Notes: a model not told the origin generated them from the letters alone. DNA of 64,000 nucleotides from Thermodesulfobacteriota bacterium (GCA_965202785.1 OZ241855.1:96001-160000), one strand, 5' to 3'. Counted from the stretch's first letter, positions 20,470 to 31,699 are shown. Numbers and translations are program-made.

Positions 20470-23400
20470 TCAAATGCCTCTTTTCCGGAACTCAAGCATG
20501 AGGCTGAAAACCGAAGGGATCAGAAACAGGGTGAAGACCGTGGAGAGAACCAGTCCGCCGACCACGACGCTTCCAAGGCCCTTGTAAAGCTCGGAGCCTT
20601 CTCCCGGAGCAAGCACAAGGGGAAGCATGCCGAACACGCTTGTGAGGGTGCTCATGAAAATCGGCCTTACCCTCACCCTTACCGATTCGCGTATGGCCAT
20701 CTGCTGCTCCATGCCCGCCCGCATGTTGTTAAGCGCCTGGTGGACTATGAGTATGGCGTTGTTAATAACTATTCCTATGAGAATCACAAAACCCAGCATC
20801 GTCAGTATATCAAGCGGCTGGTACGTGAACAGGTTAAGCGCGAAAAGCCCGAGGAATCCCCCGAGGGAGGCAAACGGAACCGTGATCAGGATAACAAGTG
20901 GATGGAGAAAACTCCCGAAAAGAGCGGCCATGAGCAGAAACGATATCACTACGGCCAGGAGAAAATTCAGCTGAAGCGCGTCTTTTGCCGTTGCGAGCTT
21001 GTCCGCGGTCCCGGCAAGGACAAAACCGGTCCGCTCCCCTACCTGCCCACTTTCACGAAGCACGGAGATTATATTGTCGTTAATGATCTCTATCCCCTCC
21101 TCAAGCGTAACTTCTTCGGGAGGAGTTATCTGTATCGTTATCACCCTTTGTCTTTCGTAGTGATTTATCTGTTCCGGACCGCTCTCAAGGCTGACCCTGG
21201 CTAAAGCTCCCACGGTAACCACCTGCCCGCTCGGAGAAGTGATCATTATGTTCTCTATATCCTGGGTTCTCTCGGAGAAATCCTGCTCCGCCCGCAAGAC
21301 TATGTCGACCTCCTGTCCCTCGAGGTTAAACTCGCTTGCCGCGACGCCGTCTATGAGGGATCTCACGGCAAACCCGAGCTCGCTGTTGGTGATCCCGACC
21401 CGGGAAGCCGCCTCCCGCTGAGTAACGATCCTGACCTCGGGGCTTCCGAGATCAAGGCTCGGAATCGGTCTTACCTGCGCCCCGGGAATGGCCTCCATGG
21501 ACATGAAAAACACGCTTCTCGCGACCCTCAGTATCTCATCGAGATCATCTCCCGTGACGTTAACGTCTATCGCCCTCCCCTCGCCTATGTTGCTGTTAAA
21601 AATGCTGGGCTGGACTATCACGCCGAACGTCCCCGGAACCTTGGATAGGGCCTGTTGAAGAACCGGGAAGAGTTCCTTGAGTTCCTTTCTTTTCTCGGCG
21701 ACCGCGCCCATGACAATCTGTTTTCCCCTCGCGACGTAGAAAAAGTTCTTTATCCGGGGAAGGTCCCTCTCGGCCGAGGTCCTCTCGTTTATGTAGGGCT
21801 CGAGATCCGCCTCGATCTGCTTTCCGATGGCGGTATATTCCTCGACATTGTATCCGGGAGGCGGAATAAGTATCCCGAAAAGAAAGTTCCTGTTTCCCGT
21901 GGGCAGGTATTCGGTCTTGGGAAAAACGGCGATTATAAGCACTATTGACAGGAGGGTGAAGGAACCCACGAGAACCACTCTTCTCCTGACGCTTGTCATT
22001 ATCTGCTCGGTGAAGCGGTTTATAAAGCCGGAGACCCTTCCCGAGAAGACAAGCAGCCGCGACATGAAACGAAGGCGTTCAAGAGATTCCGCGCCCTTCG
22101 CGGAGAGGTACTTCGAAGACGCGGACGGTATGACGGTTATGGAAACAAGAAGACTCAGTATGACGGAGACACTTATCGCTATGGCTATGTCTCGAAACAG
22201 CTGTCCGGTCTGCTCCTGAATGAACATGATCGGAATGAACACGGCGGCCGTGGTGAGGGTGCTTGCAAGCACCGCCCCCCAGACCTCGGTCGTGCCGTCA
22301 TAGGCCGCCTTGACCCTCGATTTCCCCATCTGCATGTGGCGGTACACGTTTTCAAGAACCACGATTGAGTTGTCTATAACCATGCCGACGGCGAAGCTCA
22401 TTCCCGCGAGACTGACCACGTTTATAGTGCGCCCGAGCGCCTCGAAAACTATGAAAGTCCCTATGACGCTTGACGGTATCGCGATTGCCACAATCATCGT
22501 GCTGCTCGCGCTTCTCAGGAAAAGAAGGAGAACCGTTATGGCGAGCACACCGCCTATAATAAGATTGCTCCTCACAAGCTTTATCGCGTTTTTTATGTAC
22601 CCGGTCTCTTCATAGACATTGCGGAGGTGAAGTCCGTTTTCCTTGAGGACGCCCGTATTCAGTTCCTCAACGGCCGCAAAGAGGGCCTCTTTAGTCTCCA
22701 TTGAGTTCGCCCCGCTCTCGCGAAGCACGTTAACGGCAATGGAGGGCTCTCCGTTCTGCCTTACCGTGTAGCCCGGGTCCTCGTATCCGAGGCGGACAGT
22801 GGCAAGGTCTCTCAGGTAAACGGGAAGGCCGCTTTGCGCGGTAGCCACTACTATGTTCCCTATATCACGCGTGGTTCTGTACTCTCCGACGGTTCGAACG
22901 AGATACTGCCTTTTACCTTCGCTAAAGGAACCGGCGCTGAAGTTCTCATTCTCCCTGTCAATGGAAGCGGCAAGCTCGGCTATTGTGATATTTCTCTTGG
23001 CAAGCGCGGCGGGGTCGAAAAGAACCTCTATGAGCCGTTCCCTTCCGCCGAACACGTTTGAAGCCCCGACTCCGGGGACCCTCTCAAGCCTGGTACGGAT
23101 TATCTCGTCCGCGAAGTCGTAGTAAAGATTTATATCGGTGGGATTATGAGGAAGTGGCTTCAGGATAAACCACGCCATGGCGTTCGCCCTGGGATCGACG
23201 GTGGTTATCACGGGCCGCTCGACCTCGTCCGGATATTCCCTTACCTGGTCAAGCCTGTTTGACACCTTGACCACCTTGGAGTCGATGTCGGCGCCGACTT
23301 CAAACTCGAGTATTACCTCGGAGGAGTTCTCCGAGCTCTCGCTGTCAAGCCTTGTGAGGCCCGTTATTCCCCTGAGCTCGTCTTCCTGCTCGTTTACCAC

Positions 23401-23586
23401 CTCGCTTTCTATCTCAAAGGGGCTTGCCCCCCTCCAGAAAGTGCTCACGGTGACTCTGAGCGTCTCGACGTCCGGGGTAAGCTGAACGGGAATTTTGAAA
23501 AGCGAGATAACCCCGAAAATAACGAGGAATATAACTCCGACGGCTACGGTTACGGGGTTCTTTATAGAGGTCTCGACAAGATTCAT
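20470..23586 (-). CDS. RND efflux transporter permease (AcrB/AcrD/AcrF family)
   Basis: 1038 aa membrane protein with GMVIDNSIVVLEN, NNAILIV and RVRPIFMS. Confidence 0.93.
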   Translation of the reverse strand: MNLVETSIKNPVTVAVGVIFLVIFGVISLFKIPVQLTPDVETLRVTVSTFWRGASPFEIESEVVNEQEDELRGITGLTRLDSESSENSSEVILEFEVGADIDSKVVKVSNRLDQVREYPDEVERPVITTVDPRANAMAWFILKPLPHNPTDINLYYDFADEIIRTRLERVPGVGASNVFGGRERLIEVLFDPAALAKRNITIAELAASIDRENENFSAGSFSEGKRQYLVRTVGEYRTTRDIGNIVVATAQSGLPVYLRDLATVRLGYEDPGYTVRQNGEPSIAVNVLRESGANSMETKEALFAAVEELNTGVLKENGLHLRNVYEETGYIKNAIKLVRSNLIIGGVLAITVLLLFLRSASSTMIVAIAIPSSVIGTFIVFEALGRTINVVSLAGMSFAVGMVIDNSIVVLENVYRHMQMGKSRVKAAYDGTTEVWGAVLASTLTTAAVFIPIMFIQEQTGQLFRDIAIAISVSVILSLLVSITVIPSASSKYLSAKGAESLERLRFMSRLLVFSGRVSGFINRFTEQIMTSVRRRVVLVGSFTLLSIVLIIAVFPKTEYLPTGNRNFLFGILIPPPGYNVEEYTAIGKQIEADLEPYINERTSAERDLPRIKNFFYVARGKQIVMGAVAEKRKELKELFPVLQQALSKVPGTFGVIVQPSIFNSNIGEGRAIDVNVTGDDLDEILRVARSVFFMSMEAIPGAQVRPIPSLDLGSPEVRIVTQREAASRVGITNSELGFAVRSLIDGVAASEFNLEGQEVDIVLRAEQDFSERTQDIENIMITSPSGQVVTVGALARVSLESGPEQINHYERQRVITIQITPPEEVTLEEGIEIINDNIISVLRESGQVGERTGFVLAGTADKLATAKDALQLNFLLAVVISFLLMAALFGSFLHPLVILITVPFASLGGFLGLFALNLFTYQPLDILTMLGFVILIGIVINNAILIVHQALNNMRAGMEQQMAIRESVRVRVRPIFMSTLTSVFGMLPLVLAPGEGSELYKGLGSVVVGGLVLSTVFTLFLIPSVFSLMLEFRKRGI

Positions 23587-24650
23587 TGCTCTATGGTGTC
23601 AGTGATCCTGACTTTCTGCATGGGCATGAGTCTCTCGTTTCCCCTTACGACCACGCTCTCCCCTACGCTTATTCCCCCTTCGACGCGAGTGAAGCTCTCA
23701 TACCAGCCCTTTTCTTCCACCGGCACCGGGTGCGCGAGGCCTTCCCTCACGGCAAAAACCATAGGGCCCTGGGGAGACCTGACTATGGAATCTTTCGGCA
23801 CGAGCTTTATTTTCTCGGTTTCGCCGATCCTTACCATAACTACGGCGGAAGCCGAGGATTTTATCGCATGATCGGGATTCTCAAGCACCACCCTTACCGG
23901 AAAGGATACGGTTCTGGGGTCCGCGTCCGGGATGACTGAAGAGATTTGTGCGGGAATGGTGAGCCGATTGTGAGAGGGCAGCATGACCTCGACCTCCATG
24001 CCCTCGCTTATGTCATCTATGTACCTCTCGGGTATCCCGGCCATTACCTCTATCGTGTCTATGTCCACAAAGGAAACCACCTTGTCCCCGAGACCCAGCC
24101 ACTGCCCCGCTTCGGCGTGGTGCTTAGTCACGTAGCCGTTAAAAGGAGCGGCGATTCTCGACGCCGCAAGATCGTATTCGGCCATTTCGATGCGGCTTTC
24201 AAGACTGAGCAGCCCGGCCTGGCCGGACTCCCTCCGGGTCCTCGCCCTGTCAAAATCTCCTTCAGAAATAATTCCCTTGTCGTAAAGCTCTTTCATCCTT
24301 GCAAAATCTTTTTCCGAAAGCTCGGCCCTCGCAAGGGCTTCCTTTCTCTCGTTTTTAAGCCGTTCGAGAGCAAAGCGGATCTTGTCGTTCTTTATCTCGG
24401 CGAGGGTCTCGCCCTTCTTTACGTACTGGCCCTCCTCGGCGTTCATTTTCCCGACGACTCCTTCGACCTCGCTTGATATAACGGATTTTCTGGCGGGAAA
24501 TGTCGCTCCGACAAGCCTGAGGGGTTTCTTTACCTCCCTCTCGACGACCGCGGACACAACCACCGGCACGTCGGGGGGCTGAGCGAGTAAGAGCCCGGGA
24601 AAAAGACAGGCAGATAAAAAAAGCAGCAAGGCTTTTGTTCGCATAAACAA
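23583..24650 (-). CDS. RND efflux periplasmic adaptor (membrane fusion protein)
   Basis: Lipoyl-like segment EGQYVKKGETL, a coiled coil and IAAPFNG. Coupled to the RND permease. Confidence 0.9.
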   Translation of the reverse strand: MFMRTKALLLFLSACLFPGLLLAQPPDVPVVVSAVVEREVKKPLRLVGATFPARKSVISSEVEGVVGKMNAEEGQYVKKGETLAEIKNDKIRFALERLKNERKEALARAELSEKDFARMKELYDKGIISEGDFDRARTRRESGQAGLLSLESRIEMAEYDLAASRIAAPFNGYVTKHHAEAGQWLGLGDKVVSFVDIDTIEVMAGIPERYIDDISEGMEVEVMLPSHNRLTIPAQISSVIPDADPRTVSFPVRVVLENPDHAIKSSASAVVMVRIGETEKIKLVPKDSIVRSPQGPMVFAVREGLAHPVPVEEKGWYESFTRVEGGISVGESVVVRGNERLMPMQKVRITDTIEQ

Positions 24651-24872
24651 GGCTTCTCTCTATATATAACAGTATTCCGTTCAAAGTAACCGCGAAGAAC
24701 CCGCGCACATCGTATTTAAAGGCGCAGGACGGCGCCGATACGTTTCGGAATCCTGTAAATTATACATGACTGAACAACCGCTACTATAGACAAGCAACAT
24801 CTTCAATTCTCTCCTTGTATTATTCCAAATTGGTATTAGCATATAGGCATAAAAACCCCAAAGGAGATTGAA

Positions 24873-25205
24873 ATGGCATCCTCAAACATAGTCGAAGTAG
24901 TAGATTCTGTGTTCGATAAGGAAGTAATGGAAAGCGAAATCCCCGTTCTGGTAGACTTCTGGGCTCCCTGGTGCGGTCCCTGCAGGGCCCTTTCCCCAGT
25001 AATCGAGGAAATCTCCAATGACTACGAAGGCAGCGTGAAGGTGGGAAAGGTGAATGTGGATGAAAACCCCCAGACGACAATGAAATTCCGCATAAGAAGC
25101 ATTCCCACGCTGATAGTTTTTAAAAACGGCGAGGTCGCCGAGCAGATAGTCGGCGCCGTCCCGAAAAGTGAAATAGAAAAAGTGTTGAACAAGACCCTGG
25201 ACTGA
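24873..25205 (+). CDS. trxA: thioredoxin
   Basis: DFWAPWCGPC and SIPTL motifs. Confidence 0.97.
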   Translation: MASSNIVEVVDSVFDKEVMESEIPVLVDFWAPWCGPCRALSPVIEEISNDYEGSVKVGKVNVDENPQTTMKFRIRSIPTLIVFKNGEVAEQIVGAVPKSEIEKVLNKTLD

Positions 25206-25231
25206 TACGTTCCGGGCACGGGTACGAAAAG

Positions 25232-25522
25232 ATGGGCAAATACATAATGCTTAGCAACCTCACCGACGAGGGCAGAAGGACCATAAAGATGAAGCCCGAG
25301 AGGATAAAAGAGGTTAACAGGGAGCTTGAAGAGATGGGCGCCAAGGTTGAAGCCCAGTACGCGGCGCTCGGTCCTTACGACTTTGTGAACATAGTAGAAG
25401 CCCCGGATAACGAAACGATCACGAAAATAGTAATAGAACTCGGTTCAAGGGGCACAATCCATATAGAAACCCTTGCCGCAATCCCCATAGGCGAATTCGA
25501 AGAAAAACTGATAAACGAATAG
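25232..25522 (+). CDS. GYD domain protein
   Basis: YIMLSNLTDEG...LGPYDFVNIVEAPD. Confidence 0.8.
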   Translation: MGKYIMLSNLTDEGRRTIKMKPERIKEVNRELEEMGAKVEAQYAALGPYDFVNIVEAPDNETITKIVIELGSRGTIHIETLAAIPIGEFEEKLINE

Positions 25523-25690
25523 CGCCTCACTTCCCCCAGGCATTAAACGAAAAGAAACTTTTTATCTGTATATAAATCATCGTAAAAAAACTGGACTGCT
25601 TGCTCCCGTTGTGGTGTATAATCGTAAAATACGTCAACGGACCGGAGATTCGGTGATGGCGATACATATTTCAATTGGAGGTATCTGGCC

Positions 25691-26977
25691 GTGAAAAAAT
25701 TAATCATTCTGGGTTCTGTCCTGCTTTTGGTTTCCATGGGAATATTCTCTTCGGGGTGTTTTCACGACGAAGAAGACGAGGCAGAAGTGGACTGTGCGGA
25801 AACTTTCTGCATAGGAACGCTTCTGGCTGAAGGCGAAGTGTTTAACGGTCCTCTTATAGCAGCCGTCGGGCTTGCTAAAGACGACATTAACAAGGCAGGG
25901 GGGAATACAGAGATCATAAGCGGGAACTCTTTTGAAGCGGGAAAGTCCCAAGTGACCGCAAGCGCGATGGAGCTTCTTGAAGCGGGTGTTCGCGGCATGG
26001 TAGCACCTTCATACTCTTCAGACTCTCTCGCGGTTCATCCTTTTCTAAGCGAGAATGAAATACCCGCTATTTCTCCCTCGGCAACTTCTCCCGCCCTCAC
26101 CGACGAGAACAAGAAGGTTGTGGACAGTGGAGATCAGCCTTTTTTCTTCAGATTATCTCCCTCTGACCTCTTTCAGGGACCAATACTGGCGGCCCAGGCG
26201 ATACAGTCTGAGGGCAATACTGTTATAGTGAATCGTGATGACACATGGGGAGAAAACCTTGCAGCAATCGTCGAGGAAAGAATAATGTCTTCCGGCAGAC
26301 AGGTCGAGGTGGTTAGTTATCCTTCCATTTCTCCAGATGCCGCTTCTGTGGTTTCAGATGTTGAGGCGGCAGTGCAAAGAATCGGAGACGTAGGTTCTTT
26401 AGTAATACTTGCTTTTACGGAGGGGGGGGAAATAATCAAGGGCCTGCTGGATTCTTCAGTGATTCCCGAGGGAACCGGATATTACATTGGGGACGGGCTC
26501 ATTTTTGAGGATGACCTCTTTCCGCATGTGGATGAGGAAAACGGTGAAATTGAAGGATTCAGGCGTGTAAGCGCGACTCCACCTCCGGGAGAAAGGCTTG
26601 AGGAATTCAAGGAACGGTTTGACGCCGGCAACTTTAATGACTATACCGCGCAGGCCTACGATGCGGTGATCATACTCCGCCTTGCGGCCTTAAGCGCTGG
26701 AAGCGACGACCCCTCTGTTTACGTTTCCAAAATCCAGGATGTCACCGGAGAAGGAACAAAGTGCCACAGTTACGCTGCCTGCGCCGCGGCGCTTACCGAT
26801 GAAACCTCGATTAACGATGATATCGACTACGAAGGAATTTCAGGTCCGATCGATCTTAATGACAATGGAGATATAACGGATGGACTCTACGTGCTTGATA
26901 CATACGATGCTCAAGGTGTACCAGAAAAAACATATCTTAATTTTCAAGGCGAAGAAGTAGAAGTGAATACGAATTAA
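25691..26977 (+). CDS. branched-chain amino acid type ABC substrate-binding lipoprotein (stand-alone)
   Basis: Lipobox SSGC, ISPSATSPALT, FFRLSPSD, AYDAV and DYEGISGPID. Confidence 0.85.
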   Translation: MKKLIILGSVLLLVSMGIFSSGCFHDEEDEAEVDCAETFCIGTLLAEGEVFNGPLIAAVGLAKDDINKAGGNTEIISGNSFEAGKSQVTASAMELLEAGVRGMVAPSYSSDSLAVHPFLSENEIPAISPSATSPALTDENKKVVDSGDQPFFFRLSPSDLFQGPILAAQAIQSEGNTVIVNRDDTWGENLAAIVEERIMSSGRQVEVVSYPSISPDAASVVSDVEAAVQRIGDVGSLVILAFTEGGEIIKGLLDSSVIPEGTGYYIGDGLIFEDDLFPHVDEENGEIEGFRRVSATPPPGERLEEFKERFDAGNFNDYTAQAYDAVIILRLAALSAGSDDPSVYVSKIQDVTGEGTKCHSYAACAAALTDETSINDDIDYEGISGPIDLNDNGDITDGLYVLDTYDAQGVPEKTYLNFQGEEVEVNTN

Positions 26978-26990
26978 TTCCCTACGGCAA

Positions 26991-27019
26991 CAAGCCCGCG
27001 ATTGTTCGTCGCGGGCTTG
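26991..27019 (+). terminator. hairpin, probable intrinsic terminator
   Basis: CAAGCCCGCGA-TTGTTCG-TCGCGGGCTTG just after the stop codon. There is no U-tract. Confidence 0.55.
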
Positions 27020-27213
27020 GGAAAACAGCTTCAGAAGGTCGGCCGGAAACTCAAATTCCCACAGCTTTCAGGCCCATAAGCAGTATTCACCGACCTTCCC
27101 TCCCATGTACTTCCAGAAGGGCGCTTTTCGGTATCAGGAACTTTATTTTTGATTGAAGAGCGTATAACCTTAACCAACCCGCGGGGATAACTGCTCACCC
27201 GGGAGAACGTACT

Positions 27214-28497
27214 ATGAAAGCGGCCCGTCTTCACGGATTCAAAGACATATTCCACCCCGAAACGGAAAAACTGCGGCTCGTAGAGAGCAAGACCAAAGAG
27301 GTGTTCGAGCGCTTCGGTTTCTCCGAGATAATCATTCCGATTCTGGAACTCTCCGGGGTCTACTCAACGGGGCTCGGCGACACCACCGATATCGTCCAGA
27401 AGGAGATGTACACTTTCGAGACCAAGGGCGGGGAGTGGGTCTCGATGCGACCCGAGGGAACGGCGGGAGTTGTAAGGGCCTTTATCGAGCATTCCCTTCA
27501 CAGAAAGTCGCCCGTGACGAAGCTTTACTACTCGGGAGAGATGTTCAGGCACGAGAGACCCCAGGAAGGAAGACAGAGAAGCTTTAACCAGATAGGGGCA
27601 GAGCTTTTCGGTTCCAGGGACCCCCTTTCGGATTCAGAGATAATCGCGATGCTCTGGCTTGCGATCACGGAACTCGGGCTCTCAGATCACGTGGAGCTTG
27701 AACTTAACTCAATAGGCAAGCCTGAAGAGCGCGACCGGTACAAAAAAGCCCTTACGGACTTTCTTTCCCCGAACAAGGACTCTCTTTGCGAGAACTGCCA
27801 GAACAGACTCGGCACGAATCCACTTCGGATACTTGACTGCAAAACCGGAACGTGCCGCGAGATAACTTCCCAGATCCCCTTCTCGATCCAAGATTATCTC
27901 TCGGAGCAAAGCAGCGAGCATCTGAAAGCTCTTACATCCTCTCTTGAGGGAAAATCGATACCCTACAGACTCAACCCCAGGATAGTGAGAGGACTTGATT
28001 ACTACACAGACACCGTCTTCGAGGTAACGACGGACAAACTCGGTTCCCAGAACGCCGTGGCCGCCGGAGGAAGATACGACCTTCTGGTGGAGCGGATGGG
28101 AGGACCGGAAACTCCCGCAGTGGGCTTTGCGATCGGGCTTGAGAGGATACTGCTTCTGCTTGAAAAAACCGGGACGCGGAGAAATTCTCCGGGGAAAAAA
28201 CAGCTCGTGTGCGTTATCCATATCGGTGATGAGGCCAGAGAGGAAGCGGCGAAAATAGCCGAGGGCCTGAGGAAAAAGGGCATGCGGGTTGAGACCGAAT
28301 ACGAAAACAAAAGCTTAAAAAGCCAGATGAGAAAAGCGAACAGGACCGGGGCGGCGTACTCAGTAATTATCGGAGAGGACGAGCTTCGGAAAAAAGTCTT
28401 TTCGCTTCGCAACATGAGAACCGGAGAGGAAAAGTCGTTCCCCCTCGAAAAACTCGCCGACCTTGGGGGGCACGGCGATTTCCGGAAACTTCTCTGA
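27214..28497 (+). CDS. hisS: histidyl-tRNA synthetase
   Basis: KEMYTF, MRPEGTA, FRHERPQ, VRGLDYY and GGRYD. Confidence 0.97.
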   Translation: MKAARLHGFKDIFHPETEKLRLVESKTKEVFERFGFSEIIIPILELSGVYSTGLGDTTDIVQKEMYTFETKGGEWVSMRPEGTAGVVRAFIEHSLHRKSPVTKLYYSGEMFRHERPQEGRQRSFNQIGAELFGSRDPLSDSEIIAMLWLAITELGLSDHVELELNSIGKPEERDRYKKALTDFLSPNKDSLCENCQNRLGTNPLRILDCKTGTCREITSQIPFSIQDYLSEQSSEHLKALTSSLEGKSIPYRLNPRIVRGLDYYTDTVFEVTTDKLGSQNAVAAGGRYDLLVERMGGPETPAVGFAIGLERILLLLEKTGTRRNSPGKKQLVCVIHIGDEAREEAAKIAEGLRKKGMRVETEYENKSLKSQMRKANRTGAAYSVIIGEDELRKKVFSLRNMRTGEEKSFPLEKLADLGGHGDFRKLL

Positions 28498-28539
28498 TTC
28501 GCCCGCGACGGCGAAATCCCGTTAACACACAAAGAGTCT

Positions 28540-29772
28540 ATGCTTAGAAACAAAATTTTTTACGGATGGATCATAGTCATAGCGGGACACCTGCTCATAA
28601 CGCTTGACGGGATGGTTCTCTACTCCTTCGGGATATTCCTCCCTTACCTCAACGAAGCTTTCGGTCTCTCCAACGCCGCCGGATCGTCATTTTTTTCCCT
28701 GAGATGCGTCTGCATGGCCTTTTCGTTCGTGTTCGCGGGAAGGCTTATAGACACCCACGACGCGAGGTACCTCACCTTCTTTGGAGGACTTGTAGGAGCA
28801 TTCGGCTTTCTTCTCTCCGCTTATGCCCAAACCACCTGGGAACTCTATCTGACCTACAGCGTAATGGTGGGAATAGGAGACGGATTTCTCTACATACTGC
28901 CCGTTACAATTATCAGCAGGTGGTTCGTTAAGAAAAGGGCGCTTGCCATAGGGATCGCCACGGCGGGGGTCCCGGTAAGCGGGCTGGTGGTAAACCCGCT
29001 TACCACCTGGCTTATAGAATCATTCGGTTACGAGCGCGCCCTTGTTTATCTCTCCATAATTTTTACCGTGATACTCTGTTCCGCGTTTCTGGTGAAAAGC
29101 CACCCAGAAGACATGAACCTAAAGGCGTACGGGGAGAACTCGGAAGATACGGCGGAACAGAAGGGGGCTTCCGACTGGAGTCCGAAGCAAGCGTTTTCAC
29201 ACTCAAGCTTCTGGCTTATGTACGCCGCCTTCTTCTTCGGGTTTAACACTTTTCTCATTATTGTCGTTAACCTTTTTAACTTCTCGGTAGGGTCGGGAAT
29301 AACGCCGCTTGTGGCGGCCGGGGCACCCGCATTCATAGGGGTCGGAAGCATTATCGGACGGATTTTCTTCTCGGGAGTGGTAGCCAATATCCTGAAGGAC
29401 GTGCGCATACTGTTTGTCTGCTATTTCCTCCAGGCATGTTCAATAATCCTGATTCTGCTGGTCGTGGAGGTATGGTCGCTTTACCTGTTCGGCTTTCTCT
29501 TCGGCCTTTTCTACAGCGGATGGGTACCGATGTTTCCGACTATACTGGGAAGATTCTACGGACTTAAGTCGCTTGGAAGCATCTTTGGCGTTTTCGGCAC
29601 CGGGTTCTCCCTGGCCGCGATCAGCGGTCCTCTCATCTCTGGATTCCTATTCGACATGACCCAGAGCTACTACAACTCCCTTGTAGTGGCGATGGCGGCG
29701 TCTTTCATAACGGCCTTGTTAACGCTTCTTATAAAGACTCCAGTAAAAAAAACTGACAAAATCGCTACTTAG
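28540..29772 (+). CDS. MFS transporter (OFA/monocarboxylate-like)
   Basis: About 12 transmembrane segments with FYGWIIV, ISRWFVKKRALAIG and GPLISGFLFD. Confidence 0.88.
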   Translation: MLRNKIFYGWIIVIAGHLLITLDGMVLYSFGIFLPYLNEAFGLSNAAGSSFFSLRCVCMAFSFVFAGRLIDTHDARYLTFFGGLVGAFGFLLSAYAQTTWELYLTYSVMVGIGDGFLYILPVTIISRWFVKKRALAIGIATAGVPVSGLVVNPLTTWLIESFGYERALVYLSIIFTVILCSAFLVKSHPEDMNLKAYGENSEDTAEQKGASDWSPKQAFSHSSFWLMYAAFFFGFNTFLIIVVNLFNFSVGSGITPLVAAGAPAFIGVGSIIGRIFFSGVVANILKDVRILFVCYFLQACSIILILLVVEVWSLYLFGFLFGLFYSGWVPMFPTILGRFYGLKSLGSIFGVFGTGFSLAAISGPLISGFLFDMTQSYYNSLVVAMAASFITALLTLLIKTPVKKTDKIAT

Positions 29773-29814
29773 CCCCCAGGTTTTGGTTATATTAGAAAGT
29801 GGGAGAAAAAAACC

Positions 29815-30003
29815 ATGTTCGGACTTGGCACGGCTGAATTACTGATAATACTTTTTATCGCCCTTGTAGTTCTTGGGCCCAAGGAACTCCCAAAAGTCGC
29901 AAGAACTCTCGGCAGGGGAATAAGAGAGCTCCAAAGAGCCAAGGATGATATAAAAAAGAACATAGAATTTGAAGACGATTTTGACGAGAAGACCAAGTCC
30001 TAG
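29815..30003 (+). CDS. tatA: twin-arginine translocase TatA/TatB subunit
   Basis: MFGLGTAELLIILFIALVVLGPKELP. Confidence 0.85.
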   Translation: MFGLGTAELLIILFIALVVLGPKELPKVARTLGRGIRELQRAKDDIKKNIEFEDDFDEKTKS

Positions 30004-30091
30004 GCTTCCCAAAAGAGCGGAAATCCTTACTTGTCAAAAGCACTTTCTCAGATAGTATTTACGCTAATCGTTTTTCCCTTGAGTCCTCTCT

Positions 30092-31699
30092 ATGCCCAAG
30101 ATAACCATCGACGGAATTGAACTTGATGTGGACGACGGACTGAACGTCATCCAGGCCGCCGCGGTGGCCGGGATAGAGATCCCGCACTTCTGCTATCACC
30201 CTTCGCTGAGCGTGGTCGCCCAGTGCAGGCAATGCCTCGTGGAAGTGGAAGGCGTTCCCAAGGTGCTCCCCGCGTGCAACACGACCGTAAGAGAGGGCCT
30301 CGTGGTCAAGACGGACACCGAAAAAGCTTTTGAGGCCAGGAAGGCGGCCGTTGAATTCACGCTGATAAACCACCCGCTTGACTGTCCAATATGCGACAAG
30401 GGCGGAGAATGCCCGCTCCAGATGACCACTTTCGATCACGGTCCCGGTTACAGCAGGGTCGGCGGTCCCGAGAACAAGAAGGTAAGGCAGAAAAGCTACC
30501 TGAGCGACCGCATAATGTACGACGCCAACAGGTGCATCATGTGCACCAGATGCGTGCGTTTCACGGATGAGGTAACAAAAACCCACGAGCTTGGAACCAC
30601 AGGAAGAGGATTTCGGAAGAAGATCTCCGTCTTCCCCGGCAAGACGCTTGATAATGAGCTTGCCGGAAACGTGATTGACATCTGCCCGGTCGGTGCCCTG
30701 CTCCCCAAAGACACGCTTCACGAGGAGAGGGTCTGGTACATGAAATTCACAGACTCCGTGTGTTCTCTCTGCAGCACCGGGTGCAACATTACCGTGGGCG
30801 TCGATCCGAGAAAAGGAGAGGTCTCCCGCATACGCCCGAGAATAAACGAGGAAGTTAACGGACACTGGATATGCGACAGGGGAAGGTTCGACTACAAGGA
30901 GGTCCAGGAGTCGACCAGACTTAAGGACCCCATAATGAAAAGCGATAAGGACTACGAGATAGCCTCCTGGGAGAACGCAATTAACAGCGTCGGGGCCAGG
31001 CTCTCGGGAATAAAGTCGGGCGACGCGGGTGCCTGCGCGATTGCGGTATCGGCCAGGCTTACAAACGAGGAGATGTTTCTCGCAGCGAAGCTCTCGTCCA
31101 CCCTTGGGGACTGCCCGGCAATCTGCGCCACGGGAACCGGGAAAATAGAGAAGAAATTCGACCTTGTAAGCAACGACCCTTATCCCAACAGCGCCGGAGC
31201 CAGGAATCTCATGACACAGGCAAACGGAAACGATATGAAAGCTACGGTGGACTCGCTGCTTGCCGGCAGAATCAATACACTGGTGGTTATCGAAGCCGAC
31301 CTGTTCGAGATGGTTTCGGGCCACGAGAAATACGCACTTTCGAGGGCGCTTGAGAAAATCAGCTTCCTTGCGGTTATCGACTACAGGCTAACCGAGACCG
31401 CGAGATACGCTCACGTAATACTTCCAGCGGCAAGTCCCTATGAAAAGAACGGGACTTTCACGAATGACGCCGGACGGGTTCAGAGAATAAGAAAGGCCAT
31501 CCCTCCTCCCGGGAATGCTAAGTCCGCATGCGAAATACTGTGCATGATCGGGGAGCGGCTCGACAAGGCCCTGTTCAGCTACGGCTCCGCGTCGGAAGTG
31601 ATGGATGACATAAGCCTCAAGATCCCCGGATACGGGGGGATCAGCTACGACAGGATAGGTACCGTCGGGAAAGTTCTTGAACACGGCGCGGGCAGATGA
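30092..31699 (+). CDS. nuoG: NADH-quinone oxidoreductase subunit G (short form)
   Basis: IPHFCYHP, CRQCLVEV, NHPLDCPICDKGGEC, RCIMCTRCVRF and IDICPVGAL. Confidence 0.9.
   Translation: MPKITIDGIELDVDDGLNVIQAAAVAGIEIPHFCYHPSLSVVAQCRQCLVEVEGVPKVLPACNTTVREGLVVKTDTEKAFEARKAAVEFTLINHPLDCPICDKGGECPLQMTTFDHGPGYSRVGGPENKKVRQKSYLSDRIMYDANRCIMCTRCVRFTDEVTKTHELGTTGRGFRKKISVFPGKTLDNELAGNVIDICPVGALLPKDTLHEERVWYMKFTDSVCSLCSTGCNITVGVDPRKGEVSRIRPRINEEVNGHWICDRGRFDYKEVQESTRLKDPIMKSDKDYEIASWENAINSVGARLSGIKSGDAGACAIAVSARLTNEEMFLAAKLSSTLGDCPAICATGTGKIEKKFDLVSNDPYPNSAGARNLMTQANGNDMKATVDSLLAGRINTLVVIEADLFEMVSGHEKYALSRALEKISFLAVIDYRLTETARYAHVILPAASPYEKNGTFTNDAGRVQRIRKAIPPPGNAKSACEILCMIGERLDKALFSYGSASEVMDDISLKIPGYGGISYDRIGTVGKVLEHGAGR

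Noticed and set aside
30059-31324. Long antisense ORFs (421 aa here; also 34135-35070, 55324-56070, 51695-52501)
   Set aside because: Shadows of well-supported genes on the opposite strand, as expected from codon bias.
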